NCBI GenBank assembly: GCA_903944345.1
Contig: CAJARJ010000003.1
Span: 1 to 61,776, forward strand
Direction of reading: 5' to 3'
DNA from: Candidatus Omnitrophota bacterium
Lineage (GTDB): Bacteria; Omnitrophota; Gorgyraeia; Zapsychrales; Fredricksoniimonadaceae
DNA: 61,776 nt
The notes below the pieces were generated by a model. That model did no database searches. It saw nothing but the letters and a program-made list of their open reading frames with translations, and was not told the DNA's origin. Positions 21,750-29,883 of the stretch are shown here, piece after piece; the first letter of the stretch is position 1, and the number at the start of each line of letters is the position of its first letter. Both the position numbers and the translations under genes were made by a program.

Positions 21750-22335
21750 AGATGATGCTTTCAAGGCAATCAAGTTTGGAGCCGATGCTTTGGGCTTTGT
21801 GTTTTATAAGAAAAGCCCCCGTTTTATTTCTCCTTCCCGTGCCCGCAATATTATCAGCATCCTTCCGCCTTTTATCAGCACGGTCGGGGTCTTTGTTAAC
21901 GAAAAGTCCGGAGCCATTGGGGACATTGCCGGGTTTTGCGGCTTGACCCACGTCCAGCTGCATGGTGATGAAGATCCGGCGTTCTGCCGTCGCATGGAAC
22001 GTTACCGGGTGCGCCCGATCAAGGCTTTCCGGATCAGTGATACTTTCGATTTCGGGCTTATCCGCAAATACGAGGGTATTTCGCTTTTATTTGATGCCTG
22101 GAAAGAGGGCGTTCCGGGCGGAACCGGGGAAACCTTCAACTGGGATATCCTGCGGCAGGCCGATATTCGCGGTTCCTGGACCCTTTCCGGAGGACTGACA
22201 CCCGATAATGTGGCCCAGGCGGTTGGCCAGCTTAATCCGTATGCGGTGGATGTTTCCAGTGGAGTCGAGTCCGCTCCGGGGATCAAGGATCATCATAAAA
22301 TGCAGTCCTTTATTCTGAATGCGGGGCATAAATAA
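21715..22335 (+). CDS. trpF: N-(5'-phosphoribosyl)anthranilate isomerase
   Basis: MTRVKICGIT, GADALGFVF...SPR, VQLHGDE and LSGGLTPDNV motifs. Confidence 0.92.
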   Translation: MTRVKICGITSKDDAFKAIKFGADALGFVFYKKSPRFISPSRARNIISILPPFISTVGVFVNEKSGAIGDIAGFCGLTHVQLHGDEDPAFCRRMERYRVRPIKAFRISDTFDFGLIRKYEGISLLFDAWKEGVPGGTGETFNWDILRQADIRGSWTLSGGLTPDNVAQAVGQLNPYAVDVSSGVESAPGIKDHHKMQSFILNAGHK

Positions 22336-22337
22336 GA

Positions 22338-22360
22338 AAGCCTCCGCATGACGGAGGCTT
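22338..22360. terminator. GC-rich hairpin just after trpF; a better intrinsic terminator for minus-strand transcripts
   Basis: AAGCCTCCG-catga-CGGAGGCTT forms a 9-bp stem. On the minus strand it is followed by UUCUUAUUUA. On the plus strand no U-tract follows. Confidence 0.6.
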
Positions 22361-22377
22361 GAAGGATTCGTAAAAAG

Positions 22378-22586
22378 GCCGATAAAGTTGGAACGGGGGG
22401 GATCGCTCCACTTCGCGCTTTGGCAACGCAGCCACCATATTACCCAGAACGAACAACTCCGCTCATCATCGCCATCAGGCGATAGCCCGGACGCCACAAG
22501 GGCTAAGGGCCAAAACAGGGGCGGACAAGGTAATGAAGGTCTGTCGCTTTGTGTCCCCGGCTTTCGCCGGGTTTACCTTTATCGGC
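22378..22586 (-). ncRNA. candidate structured ncRNA (~210 nt, unknown family)
   Basis: A 10-bp terminal helix (GCCGAUAAAG / CUUUAUCGGC) starts 7-8 nt downstream of a minus-strand -10 box. Internally there is a 6-bp hairpin with a GAAA tetraloop (22556-22571) and an AUCGCC-UGAU-GGCGAU hairpin (22468-22483). The 3' arm is followed by CUUUUU and then the 22338-22360 hairpin. No credible CDS covers it. Confidence 0.5.
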
Positions 22587-22593
22587 TAGGTTG

Positions 22594-22622
22594 AATATAG
22601 CATCTGTTTTTTCAAAAGACAA
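22594..22622 (-). promoter_or_regulatory. sigma70-type promoter driving the candidate ncRNA
   Basis: Read on the minus strand: TTGTCT (22622-22617), 17-nt spacer, TATATT (22599-22594). The predicted TSS is about 22586-22587. Confidence 0.45.
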
Positions 22623-22652
22623 GGCTGCCACCAAAGAAAAGTTGATTTCTTT

Positions 22653-22958
22653 ATGTCGGAACGTTCTTCTCATTACCGTCGGTGGCTGGAAGAAAAAGAG
22701 CAGGAGTGGGAGCAGCGCTGCCGGTGCTGCGGGGCGTGTTGCGGGGCTCTGGAAGATCCTTGCGAGCAGCTGGCTTTCTCCGAAACCGGTGCAGCTTTTT
22801 GTCGTGTTTATTCCCGTCGCTTCGATGAGGAGCACAAAACCCTTTCCGGTCAGCCCGTCACCTGTGTCCCCGTACGCTCCAAACTGCACACCTCCTGGCC
22901 GGGGGATGAGATGTGCGGGTATAAAAGAAGAGCGGATCAATGCTCAAGTGGGATCTGA
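22653..22958 (+). CDS. YkgJ-family (CxxCxxCC) cysteine-cluster protein
   Basis: The N-terminal CRCCGACCG motif, followed by C..L....G...CRVYSRR, resembles the UPF0153 / putative Zn- or Fe-chelating domain. It is preferred over the overlapping 157-aa ORF in another frame, which has no recognisable motif. No obvious SD is present. Confidence 0.6.
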   Translation: MSERSSHYRRWLEEKEQEWEQRCRCCGACCGALEDPCEQLAFSETGAAFCRVYSRRFDEEHKTLSGQPVTCVPVRSKLHTSWPGDEMCGYKRRADQCSSGI

Positions 22959-23031
22959 TCTCTTTTCTGGGGGGGCGAAGGATGAAATTGATCTGTGGTC
23001 GAAAACCAAGGGGCAGGCATAGGGCATTTTT

Positions 23032-25005
23032 ATGAAGAGAGCTTATTATTCGGACTCAATTAGTTGTTTTCGGGAAACATCAACAGATGTGATTTTGGGC
23101 AAGATTGTTCGAGGTTCCGAATTCGCTGTGGAAGCAGAACAGCGGGATGCATGGTTAGAGGAGATTAAGATTCTCCGTGAGGTGCTCCGGACTGTTGAAG
23201 GGGCCGTTTATTTTGAATATTCAGTTCCTCGCATGGGGCGTCGGATAGATGTTGTTCTTCTGATTGGGTCGGTTATCTTTGTTCTTGAATTTAAGGTTGG
23301 AGAGAAAAGCTTTATAGTCTCAGCTGAGGATCAGGTCTGGGATTATGCCTTGGATTTAAAAAATTTCCACGAAACCAGTCACGATCATTTTATTGCCCCC
23401 GTTCTTATAGCTACAATGGCTAAAGATAGCGAGGCTGTTATAGCGCTAACCCCGCAGAACGATAAAGTATTCTTTCCTATTAGGACTAACGCCTGTTTGT
23501 TAAATGAAATATTAGTTCGGACCTTGTCCCTTTGTGATGGTTCGGTTATTGATGGTACTCGCTGGGAGGGCGGACGTTACTCTCCAACGCCCACGATTAT
23601 TGAAGCTGCAATGGCACTCTATAGTCGACATTCAGTCGACGACATCTCCCGTAAAGAAGCGGAAGCAATCAATCTGACTCAGACGTCAAATTCTCTTTCT
23701 GAGATTATTAAAATATCCAAAGATTGTTCACAAAAAGCGATTTGTTTTGTTACCGGAGTGCCTGGGGCTGGAAAAACGCTGGTGGGCTTGAATATCGCGA
23801 CAACGCATAATGACAAGGATAGTGATCTTTATAGCGTTTTTTTATCGGGTAATGGCCCGTTAGTTAAGATCCTTTGTGAAGCTTTGGCTCGCGACAAAGT
23901 CAGTCAGGCGAAAGAACAGGGGAACAGGGTCAAGAAGGGTGAAGCATTAAGTGAGGTTAAGACGTTTATTCAGAATGTGCATCATTTTAGAGACGAGTGT
24001 TTGCTTGATTTAGGCCCTCTTCATGAGCATGTTGTTTTGTTTGACGAGGCGCAGAGGGCTTGGAACAAAGAGCAAACGTGCAGCTTTATGCATCGCAAGA
24101 AGAATAAGCCAGGGTTTGACCAGTCGGAGCCGGAGTTTCTGATTTCGTGTTTAGACCGACATTCTGATTGGGCCGTTATTGTTTGTCTGGTTGGCGGTGG
24201 CCAGGAGATTAATACTGGAGAGGCCGGTATCAGCGAATGGGTCGAATCACTTAATCGTTCTTTTCCGCAATGGTCTGTATATATTTCGCCACGGCTTTCA
24301 GATAGTGAGTATGGGGCTGGGGATGTTTTAAGGACGATCCAAACTCGTAAGCAGGTTGAATATCGGCCGGAGCTGCATCTTTCTGTATCCATGCGGTCTT
24401 TTCGAGCCGAAAATGTTTCGTTATTGGTAAAGCAGTTGCTGGATCTCGATGGTGATGCTGCGAAGATGACGTTCAGTTTTCTGAAAGACAAATACCCTAT
24501 TGTGATCTCTCGTGATCAGGCGAAGGCGAGGGAATGGTTAAAACAGCAGGCCCGGGGTTCTGAACGATATGGGGTTGTTGTGTCATCGCAAGCTCAGCGG
24601 CTTAAGCCGTACGCGATAGATGTTAAGTCTCCAATGGATCCTGTGCATTGGTTTTTGGATGGAAAAGAAGACGTCAGATCGTCGTATTATTTAGAGGATG
24701 TCGCGACAGAGTTTCATGTTCAAGGCCTGGAGTTAGACTGGGTGTGTGTTACATGGGATGCCGACTTCAGATATACAAAGACCGGGTGGGAGCATTTTTC
24801 TTTTTGTGGCGACCGTTGGAATAAGATCAGGAAGTCTGAGAGGAAGAAATATTTAAAGAATGCTTATCGTGTTCTATTGACTCGGGCAAGGCAGGGAATG
24901 GTTATTGTGGTTCCACCGGGTGATTCTAATGATCCAACGAGAGAACCGGATTTTTATAATGATACGTTTGAGTATTTGAAGAGTATAGGGTTCCTTGTTA
25001 TCTAA
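23032..25005 (+). CDS. DUF2075 / Schlafen-like P-loop NTPase (helicase-like) with N-terminal PD-(D/E)xK nuclease-like domain
   Basis: The N-terminus [24 protein letters not shown] gives a D...ExK nuclease signature. Walker A is [13 protein letters not shown] and Walker B is [12 protein letters not shown]. Further motifs are [21 protein letters not shown] and [15 protein letters not shown]. The gene is visibly more AT-rich than its neighbours. Confidence 0.8.
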   Translation: MKRAYYSDSISCFRETSTDVILGKIVRGSEFAVEAEQRDAWLEEIKILREVLRTVEGAVYFEYSVPRMGRRIDVVLLIGSVIFVLEFKVGEKSFIVSAEDQVWDYALDLKNFHETSHDHFIAPVLIATMAKDSEAVIALTPQNDKVFFPIRTNACLLNEILVRTLSLCDGSVIDGTRWEGGRYSPTPTIIEAAMALYSRHSVDDISRKEAEAINLTQTSNSLSEIIKISKDCSQKAICFVTGVPGAGKTLVGLNIATTHNDKDSDLYSVFLSGNGPLVKILCEALARDKVSQAKEQGNRVKKGEALSEVKTFIQNVHHFRDECLLDLGPLHEHVVLFDEAQRAWNKEQTCSFMHRKKNKPGFDQSEPEFLISCLDRHSDWAVIVCLVGGGQEINTGEAGISEWVESLNRSFPQWSVYISPRLSDSEYGAGDVLRTIQTRKQVEYRPELHLSVSMRSFRAENVSLLVKQLLDLDGDAAKMTFSFLKDKYPIVISRDQAKAREWLKQQARGSERYGVVVSSQAQRLKPYAIDVKSPMDPVHWFLDGKEDVRSSYYLEDVATEFHVQGLELDWVCVTWDADFRYTKTGWEHFSFCGDRWNKIRKSERKKYLKNAYRVLLTRARQGMVIVVPPGDSNDPTREPDFYNDTFEYLKSIGFLVI

Positions 25006-25007
25006 TA

Positions 25008-25030
25008 GACAATCCGTGCGACAATCCGTG
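25008..25030 (+). repeat. tandem 12-nt direct repeat (GACAATCCGTG x2) 3 nt after the DUF2075 stop; a third near-copy lies at 25138-25148
   Basis: GACAATCCGTGc GACAATCCGTGa read directly from the sequence. GTCAATCCGTG recurs 118 nt downstream. Confidence 0.7.
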
Positions 25031-25172
25031 ACACACAGAATTGTTTTATGACATCTTTTGACATTTTTCTTGATAGGTTCGTAAGAGCCTGAGCAGTTTC
25101 AAGTTTCTTTCCGATCCGACGACGCAGCCTGTCTGTAGTCAATCCGTGCATCGGTTTTTTTCAAGCCATATG

Positions 25173-25229
25173 GTTGACCTGTCAACAATGTTGTGCTATT
25201 CTTTGGCGAAAGAGGTTGATGTGTCAACC
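25173..25229 (+). promoter_or_regulatory. promoter flanked by or overlapping two related palindromic operator-like sites
   Basis: TTGACC (25174-25179), 17-nt spacer, TATTCT (25197-25202). Palindrome GTTGAC-ct-GTCAAC (25173-25186) overlaps the -35 box. Palindrome GGTTGA-tgtg-TCAACC (25214-25229) lies about 42 nt downstream. Confidence 0.55.
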
Positions 25230-25267
25230 ATTATGGATGTGTTTGCAGGCAGAAAAGGAGATCGGTT

Positions 25268-26443
25268 ATGACAATATCAGAAGCAGTCTTGTTGACTATC
25301 CCTCTTGTCTGGCTTCCCTGGGAAATATTTGTCAGCAAGGATATGTCTGCCTTCAAGTTCCTGCTTCGCTGGACGCTCTTGCTGGCGGGGTGTCTGATGC
25401 TAAGTTTTTTTATGCATCAAAAACTGGCCAAAATGATGGGCGGAGAGTGGACGTGGGGCGATGCAATATATTATGGATGGCTGCTCTTTTCATTTTTTGC
25501 GATACTGCAGATTGTGAAAAAACAGTTGGGTCGGGCATTGGGAAAGCTGATTCGATGGCCGGCGAATGAGAAAATGCGCAAAGCATTTGTTTTGTGCACA
25601 TATTATCTGCTCCTTTTTATAACAATGATCCCGTTTTTTCTTGCCATGACAACAGTGCATCGGGTCAAAATAGCCGATGCGTTTACCCCCGAAACAGCGC
25701 TGGGCGTTGAATATAAAGATGTCGGGCTGAAAACGCAGGACGGCTTAACCCTCAAGGCCTGGTTTGTTCCGGCCAATTCCGGTCAGGCGGTTATTATTGC
25801 GCACGGGCTGGGGGCCAACAAATCAAATTTTATTGGCACGGTTGATATGTGGCATCAGCTTGGATTTAATGTTTTGATCTTCGATTTCCGCGGGCACGGC
25901 ATGAGCGCCGGGCATACTGTAACATTTGGATACCGGGAGCGTCTGGATGTCCTGGCGGGCTTGAAATATCTGACGGAAAAAGAAGGGTTTACCCCTGACC
26001 GGATCGTTGGCTACGGTGTTTCTTTTGGCGGAGCGGCCATGATCCATGCTGCCAGTGAAATGAAGCATTTCCACAAGATCATCATTGATTCTTCGTTTGC
26101 CAGTCTGGACGATATGGCAGACACAATTATTAACTCGGAGCCCATTATCCCGGTATTCTTCCGGAAGCTTTTCAAGGAGTTGGGGCTGTTTTTTGTCCGT
26201 CTGGATACCGGTGTTGACATTCGAGAGCATTCTCCTGAGCGGGTTGTTGGTCAGCTCGCAGGAACTCCGCTGCTTTTTATTCACGGCAAGGGCGATCCTC
26301 TCATTAACTGGAAACAGACCGAGCGTTTGTTTGCGCGGGCAGAAAGCCCGAAGAAGTCTGTCTTCCTGGAAACAGATGGGCATTTTGGGACAATGTCTGA
26401 CCCGGGGTATGTTGCTATGATCGGTGCTTTTGTCGCAGATTAA
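25268..26443 (+). CDS. membrane-anchored alpha/beta-fold hydrolase
   Basis: An AAAAGGAG RBS precedes it. The first ~130 aa form a hydrophobic multi-TM region, followed by HGLGANKS, FDFRGHGMS and the nucleophile elbow GYGVSFGG (GxSxG). Confidence 0.8.
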   Translation: MTISEAVLLTIPLVWLPWEIFVSKDMSAFKFLLRWTLLLAGCLMLSFFMHQKLAKMMGGEWTWGDAIYYGWLLFSFFAILQIVKKQLGRALGKLIRWPANEKMRKAFVLCTYYLLLFITMIPFFLAMTTVHRVKIADAFTPETALGVEYKDVGLKTQDGLTLKAWFVPANSGQAVIIAHGLGANKSNFIGTVDMWHQLGFNVLIFDFRGHGMSAGHTVTFGYRERLDVLAGLKYLTEKEGFTPDRIVGYGVSFGGAAMIHAASEMKHFHKIIIDSSFASLDDMADTIINSEPIIPVFFRKLFKELGLFFVRLDTGVDIREHSPERVVGQLAGTPLLFIHGKGDPLINWKQTERLFARAESPKKSVFLETDGHFGTMSDPGYVAMIGAFVAD

Positions 26444-26514
26444 AAACAGGTCCGGGCGATTGTTTTTTATGATCTGATTTCCATCCGTTTGCCGCTGTGG
26501 TATACTGCCTGCTT

Positions 26515-26817
26515 ATGAGTAAACAGTTGATCCGCGTATACCACAATCTTGATTTCGAAGATGTCCGCGCACATACCCTGGAGTATGGTGTTTTGTCGGG
26601 TATTTGTTCCAAATGCAAGCACCTCAATGTTCGTCTGGAAGATATCGGCTGCCCCCAGTGCGGGACATCATTCAAATATATTGCCTTTCAGAGTGTCCGT
26701 GAACATTTGCCAAAGCTGCTGAGAATATCCCAGGAGCGTTCGGGGGTGCAGTTTATTGATTATCAGGATTTCAAGCGGATCGAGGGTGAGCAGAAGGCGC
26801 GCAGTATTCTCGGTTAA
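26515..26817 (+). CDS. small zinc-ribbon protein (hypothetical, 100 aa)
   Basis: CSKC...(13)...CPQC forms a four-Cys ribbon. The ATG lies 8 nt after an extended -10 box (TGgTATACT, 26498-26506), so the mRNA is probably leaderless. Confidence 0.6.
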   Translation: MSKQLIRVYHNLDFEDVRAHTLEYGVLSGICSKCKHLNVRLEDIGCPQCGTSFKYIAFQSVREHLPKLLRISQERSGVQFIDYQDFKRIEGEQKARSILG

Positions 26818-26858
26818 CGGTGGCGGCCTGATGGCCGGTTTATACAGAAGGTGGTCGT

Positions 26859-28001
26859 GTGGCGGACAAGAATCGATTGGTCAAACTGGTTCGAAAAGTT
26901 CTTTCTATCGACAGCCAGAATCCTCCCGGCAATGAAGTGGCGATTGCAGACTTTGTGGCGCAGGACATGCGCTCGCTGGGGCTGGATGTCAAAACGATTT
27001 CTTACAAGAAAGACCGTCCGAACGTTATTGCCGTGCTAAAAGGTTCGCTGCCTCGCAAGGAGGCGGTTAGGGAAGCTTTGCTTGTGACCCCGCACACGGA
27101 TGTTGTTCCCGTCGGCAAGGGCTGGAAGTATGATCCTTTTGGCAAAGATGTTGTCGGTTCCCGGATTTACGGCCGGGGTGCTTCGGACGATAAGGGAAAC
27201 CTGGCTTGCGCCATGGAAGCTGTCCGCGCTCTGGTAGAAGATGGTTTTCGTCCGCGCAAGGACATTATTCTGGCGGCTACAGCTGACGAAGAAACCGGAA
27301 GTCATGCGGGCATCAAGCCTTTGCTTGAAAAAGGTGTTCTTAAGCCGCGGCTGGCTTTGGTGCTGGATTCGGTGGATTATCATACGATTATCGCCCAGAA
27401 AGGGCTGTTTCATTGCAGGATAAGAGTGTTTGGACGCAAGGCGCATGGAGCGGTCAACTGGAAGGGGATTAATGCCATCGAGCAGGCGGCCCGGATCATT
27501 CAGTTGCTCAAGGCTCATGCATGGAAATTCCCCAAACACTCCAGATTGAATCATCCGACGGTTAATGTCGGCACCATTTCCGGCGGAGACAAGGTTAATA
27601 TCGTGGCGGATTTCTGCGAGTTTTCGGTTGATATTCGTTTCATGCCGGGCATGGATTCCCGCGCGCTTATTGCCCAGGTCAAGGCCTGCGCCGCCGCCGT
27701 GACCAAAAAATACGAACTGATTATTGATGATCTGCAGCAGCCCTATGAAATTCCCGAAGACAATATTTATGTGTCTGCGTTTATTCGCGCAGCCGGTGCC
27801 TGCGGCAAAAAGGCCAAATTGATGGGATCGGACGGGGCGACTGTTATTTCATTCTTTCAGCATCAGAGGATTGCGGCGTTTGCTACCGGGTTCGGCAAAA
27901 GCGGCACACTGCACACCAATGACGAATATGCCGAAATTCCGACTCTGTTTAACGGAGCGCGGATACTCGAACGTTTTATAAGGGATTATGATGCGTTATA
28001 G
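26859..28001 (+). CDS. M20-family metallo-deacylase (ArgE/DapE-like)
   Basis: PHTDVVPVG, GRGASDDKG and ADEETGS metal-ligand motifs. GTG start after GAAGGTGG. Confidence 0.85.
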   Translation: MADKNRLVKLVRKVLSIDSQNPPGNEVAIADFVAQDMRSLGLDVKTISYKKDRPNVIAVLKGSLPRKEAVREALLVTPHTDVVPVGKGWKYDPFGKDVVGSRIYGRGASDDKGNLACAMEAVRALVEDGFRPRKDIILAATADEETGSHAGIKPLLEKGVLKPRLALVLDSVDYHTIIAQKGLFHCRIRVFGRKAHGAVNWKGINAIEQAARIIQLLKAHAWKFPKHSRLNHPTVNVGTISGGDKVNIVADFCEFSVDIRFMPGMDSRALIAQVKACAAAVTKKYELIIDDLQQPYEIPEDNIYVSAFIRAAGACGKKAKLMGSDGATVISFFQHQRIAAFATGFGKSGTLHTNDEYAEIPTLFNGARILERFIRDYDAL

Positions 28002-28686
28002 TCTGTGTGGATTATTGCTGGTTTTAATAGTTCTTTCCGGCTTTTCTGCGGTTGCTGCCGATGCTCCCTTTCTACCGGGCGAAACGATTCATTATTCCAT
28101 CAAGCAGATGGGGGTCAAGGTCGGGAAGGCTTCGCTGGTATTTGAAGGGGAGAAAAACCTGGACGGTCAAAAGACCCTTCTGATTGTTTTTACTGCGCAA
28201 GGCATCAAATTTTATGACCAGGAACGGATTTATGTTGATCCCCAGACGTTCCGTCCGGTCAGGGTTGTTCGGGATCTGGATATTTTTGGCCGCAAGGAAA
28301 AAATCGTTGAGGCCTATGGGCATGACGGCCGGGTGCATGTGCGTAAAGATGCCGGCGGAAAACTTAATGCCTGGACGCTGCCCCGTCAGGGCGCTATTGA
28401 CAATATTTACGGATTCATCTATCGTTATCGGCAGCAAGCTTCCGGTTCCCGGGTTGAAAAATTTAATCTTTCACTCCCGACACTGGATGTTGTGATGCAG
28501 CCGGCCAACGAAATGAGTTTCCGCGTGGGACGCGATCTGTACCGCGCTGTTCTGATCAAAAGTGTGCCGTCCAAGTATTCTATCTGGATGGACACTAGTC
28601 CGCGCAGGTTCCCTTTGCGCATTGCGGGGGCGATTGGTTTGGCTAATACGGTTATGACAATGGTGAATCATGAAGAAGAAAATTAA
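27988..28686 (+). CDS. secreted hypothetical protein (possibly DUF3108-like)
   Basis: The signal peptide is [26 protein letters not shown], followed by a beta-rich sequence. The gene overlaps both the M20 gene (14 nt) and trpB (17 nt), implying co-translation in one operon. Confidence 0.6.
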   Translation: MMRYSLCGLLLVLIVLSGFSAVAADAPFLPGETIHYSIKQMGVKVGKASLVFEGEKNLDGQKTLLIVFTAQGIKFYDQERIYVDPQTFRPVRVVRDLDIFGRKEKIVEAYGHDGRVHVRKDAGGKLNAWTLPRQGAIDNIYGFIYRYRQQASGSRVEKFNLSLPTLDVVMQPANEMSFRVGRDLYRAVLIKSVPSKYSIWMDTSPRRFPLRIAGAIGLANTVMTMVNHEEEN

Positions 28687-29875
28687 CGCGTCAATTTTTC
28701 CGGATACCAATGGTCATTATGGAGATCTGGGCGGGCGTTTTGTTCCGGAAACGCTTATGTCGATCCTGATTGACCTGGAGAGGGAGAGTCAGCGGGCTTT
28801 CCGTGATCCGTCTTTCCGGAAGGAATTTGCTTTTTATCTGAAGAATTTTGCCGGTAGGCCGACAAACCTTTATCTGGCTGAACGTCTGAGCCGTCACCTG
28901 GGGACGCTCAAGGTTTATCTTAAACGGGAAGACCTTTTGCATACCGGTGCGCACAAGATCAATAACACCCTGGGGCAGATCATTCTGGCTCGGCGGATGA
29001 AGAAAACCCGTATTATCGCCGAGACGGGAGCCGGTCAGCATGGGGTGGCCACAGCAACGGTTTGCGCTTTGTTTGGTCTCAAATGTGTGGTTTACATGGG
29101 GGCCGAGGACGTTGAGCGCCAGGCGCTGAATGTGGTGCGCATGAAGCTGTTGGGGGCTGAAGTTATTCCTGTGACCAGTGGGTCGCGTACCCTTAAGGAC
29201 GCCATGAATGAGGCCATTCGTGACTGGGTGACCAATGTTCGGGACACTTTTTATTTGATTGGTACAGTAGCTGGTCCGCACCCGTATCCGTTGATTGTCC
29301 GCAGGTTCCAGTCGGTGATCGGCCAGGAGGCCCGCAAGCAGTTTCTGGCACTCGAGGGCAAGCTGCCGGATCATCTGGTGGCTTGTGTCGGCGGCGGAAG
29401 CAATGCCATGGGGTTGTTTTATCCCTTTTTTAATGATGACAAAGTCAAAATGACCGGAGTGGAAGCGGCCGGACACGGACTGGACACCGGGGCCCACTCG
29501 GCCTCTATTTCCAAAGGAGAGCCCGGAGTTCTGCACGGCTGTAAAAGCGCGCTTCTTCAGGATGACGATGGCCAGATTCGTCTGGCGCATTCCATTGCCG
29601 CCGGACTCGATTATCCCGGTGTAGGCCCGGAACATTATTATTACAAACGTATTGGCCGTGCCGATTATGTCGGGATTACGGACAAGGAAGCGATTGAAGG
29701 GGTCAAACTCTTGGCTTCCACCGAAGGTATTATTCCGGCTATTGAGTCGGCTCATGCTTTGGCTTGGCTGCCCAAATTGGCCAAGCAGGTCCGCGGCAAG
29801 AAAACGGTTATTCTGTGTCTTTCCGGACGGGGAGACAAGGATATGGGGACAATCAAGGATCTTTTGTTTTCCTGA
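28670..29875 (+). CDS. trpB: tryptophan synthase beta chain
   Basis: [10 protein letters not shown], the PLP lysine context [22 protein letters not shown] and GGGSNAMG motifs. Confidence 0.96.
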   Translation: MKKKINASIFPDTNGHYGDLGGRFVPETLMSILIDLERESQRAFRDPSFRKEFAFYLKNFAGRPTNLYLAERLSRHLGTLKVYLKREDLLHTGAHKINNTLGQIILARRMKKTRIIAETGAGQHGVATATVCALFGLKCVVYMGAEDVERQALNVVRMKLLGAEVIPVTSGSRTLKDAMNEAIRDWVTNVRDTFYLIGTVAGPHPYPLIVRRFQSVIGQEARKQFLALEGKLPDHLVACVGGGSNAMGLFYPFFNDDKVKMTGVEAAGHGLDTGAHSASISKGEPGVLHGCKSALLQDDDGQIRLAHSIAAGLDYPGVGPEHYYYKRIGRADYVGITDKEAIEGVKLLASTEGIIPAIESAHALAWLPKLAKQVRGKKTVILCLSGRGDKDMGTIKDLLFS

Positions 29876-29883
29876 GGATGCAC

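Noticed and set aside
22388-22594. 68-aa plus-strand ORF and the 157-aa ORF at 22549-23022 in the trpF / ykgJ-like gap
   Set aside because: Neither has an RBS, and both translations are unremarkable. They cover the hairpin-rich region better explained as RNA. The 157-aa ORF also competes with the frame carrying the CxxCxxCC motif.
22336-22652. Tested the ncRNA candidate by eye against RNase P RNA, tmRNA, SRP RNA, 6S RNA and the cobalamin riboswitch
   Set aside because: - **RNase P:** GTCCGGGCT is present on the minus strand, but the invariant GAGGAAAGUCC and ACAGAAnCCGGCUUA (P4) elements are missing, and ~210 nt is too short.
- **tmRNA:** there is no acceptor or T-arm ending in CCA.
- **SRP RNA:** the GGAAGCAGC motif is absent.
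- **6S RNA:** the fold is multi-hairpin rather than one long interrupted helix.
- **Cobalamin riboswitch:** there is no B12 box.

Identity therefore remains open and needs cmscan.
25008-25030. Possible CRISPR or REP array
   Set aside because: Only two tandem 11-12-nt copies without spacers are present, plus one distant copy. This is far below CRISPR repeat length and copy number, and there are no cas genes in the window.
28691-29755. 354-aa minus-strand ORF antisense to trpB
   Set aside because: The same reasoning applies: trpB on the plus strand is certain (PLP-lysine and GGGSN motifs). The antisense translation has no recognisable features, RBS or promoter.
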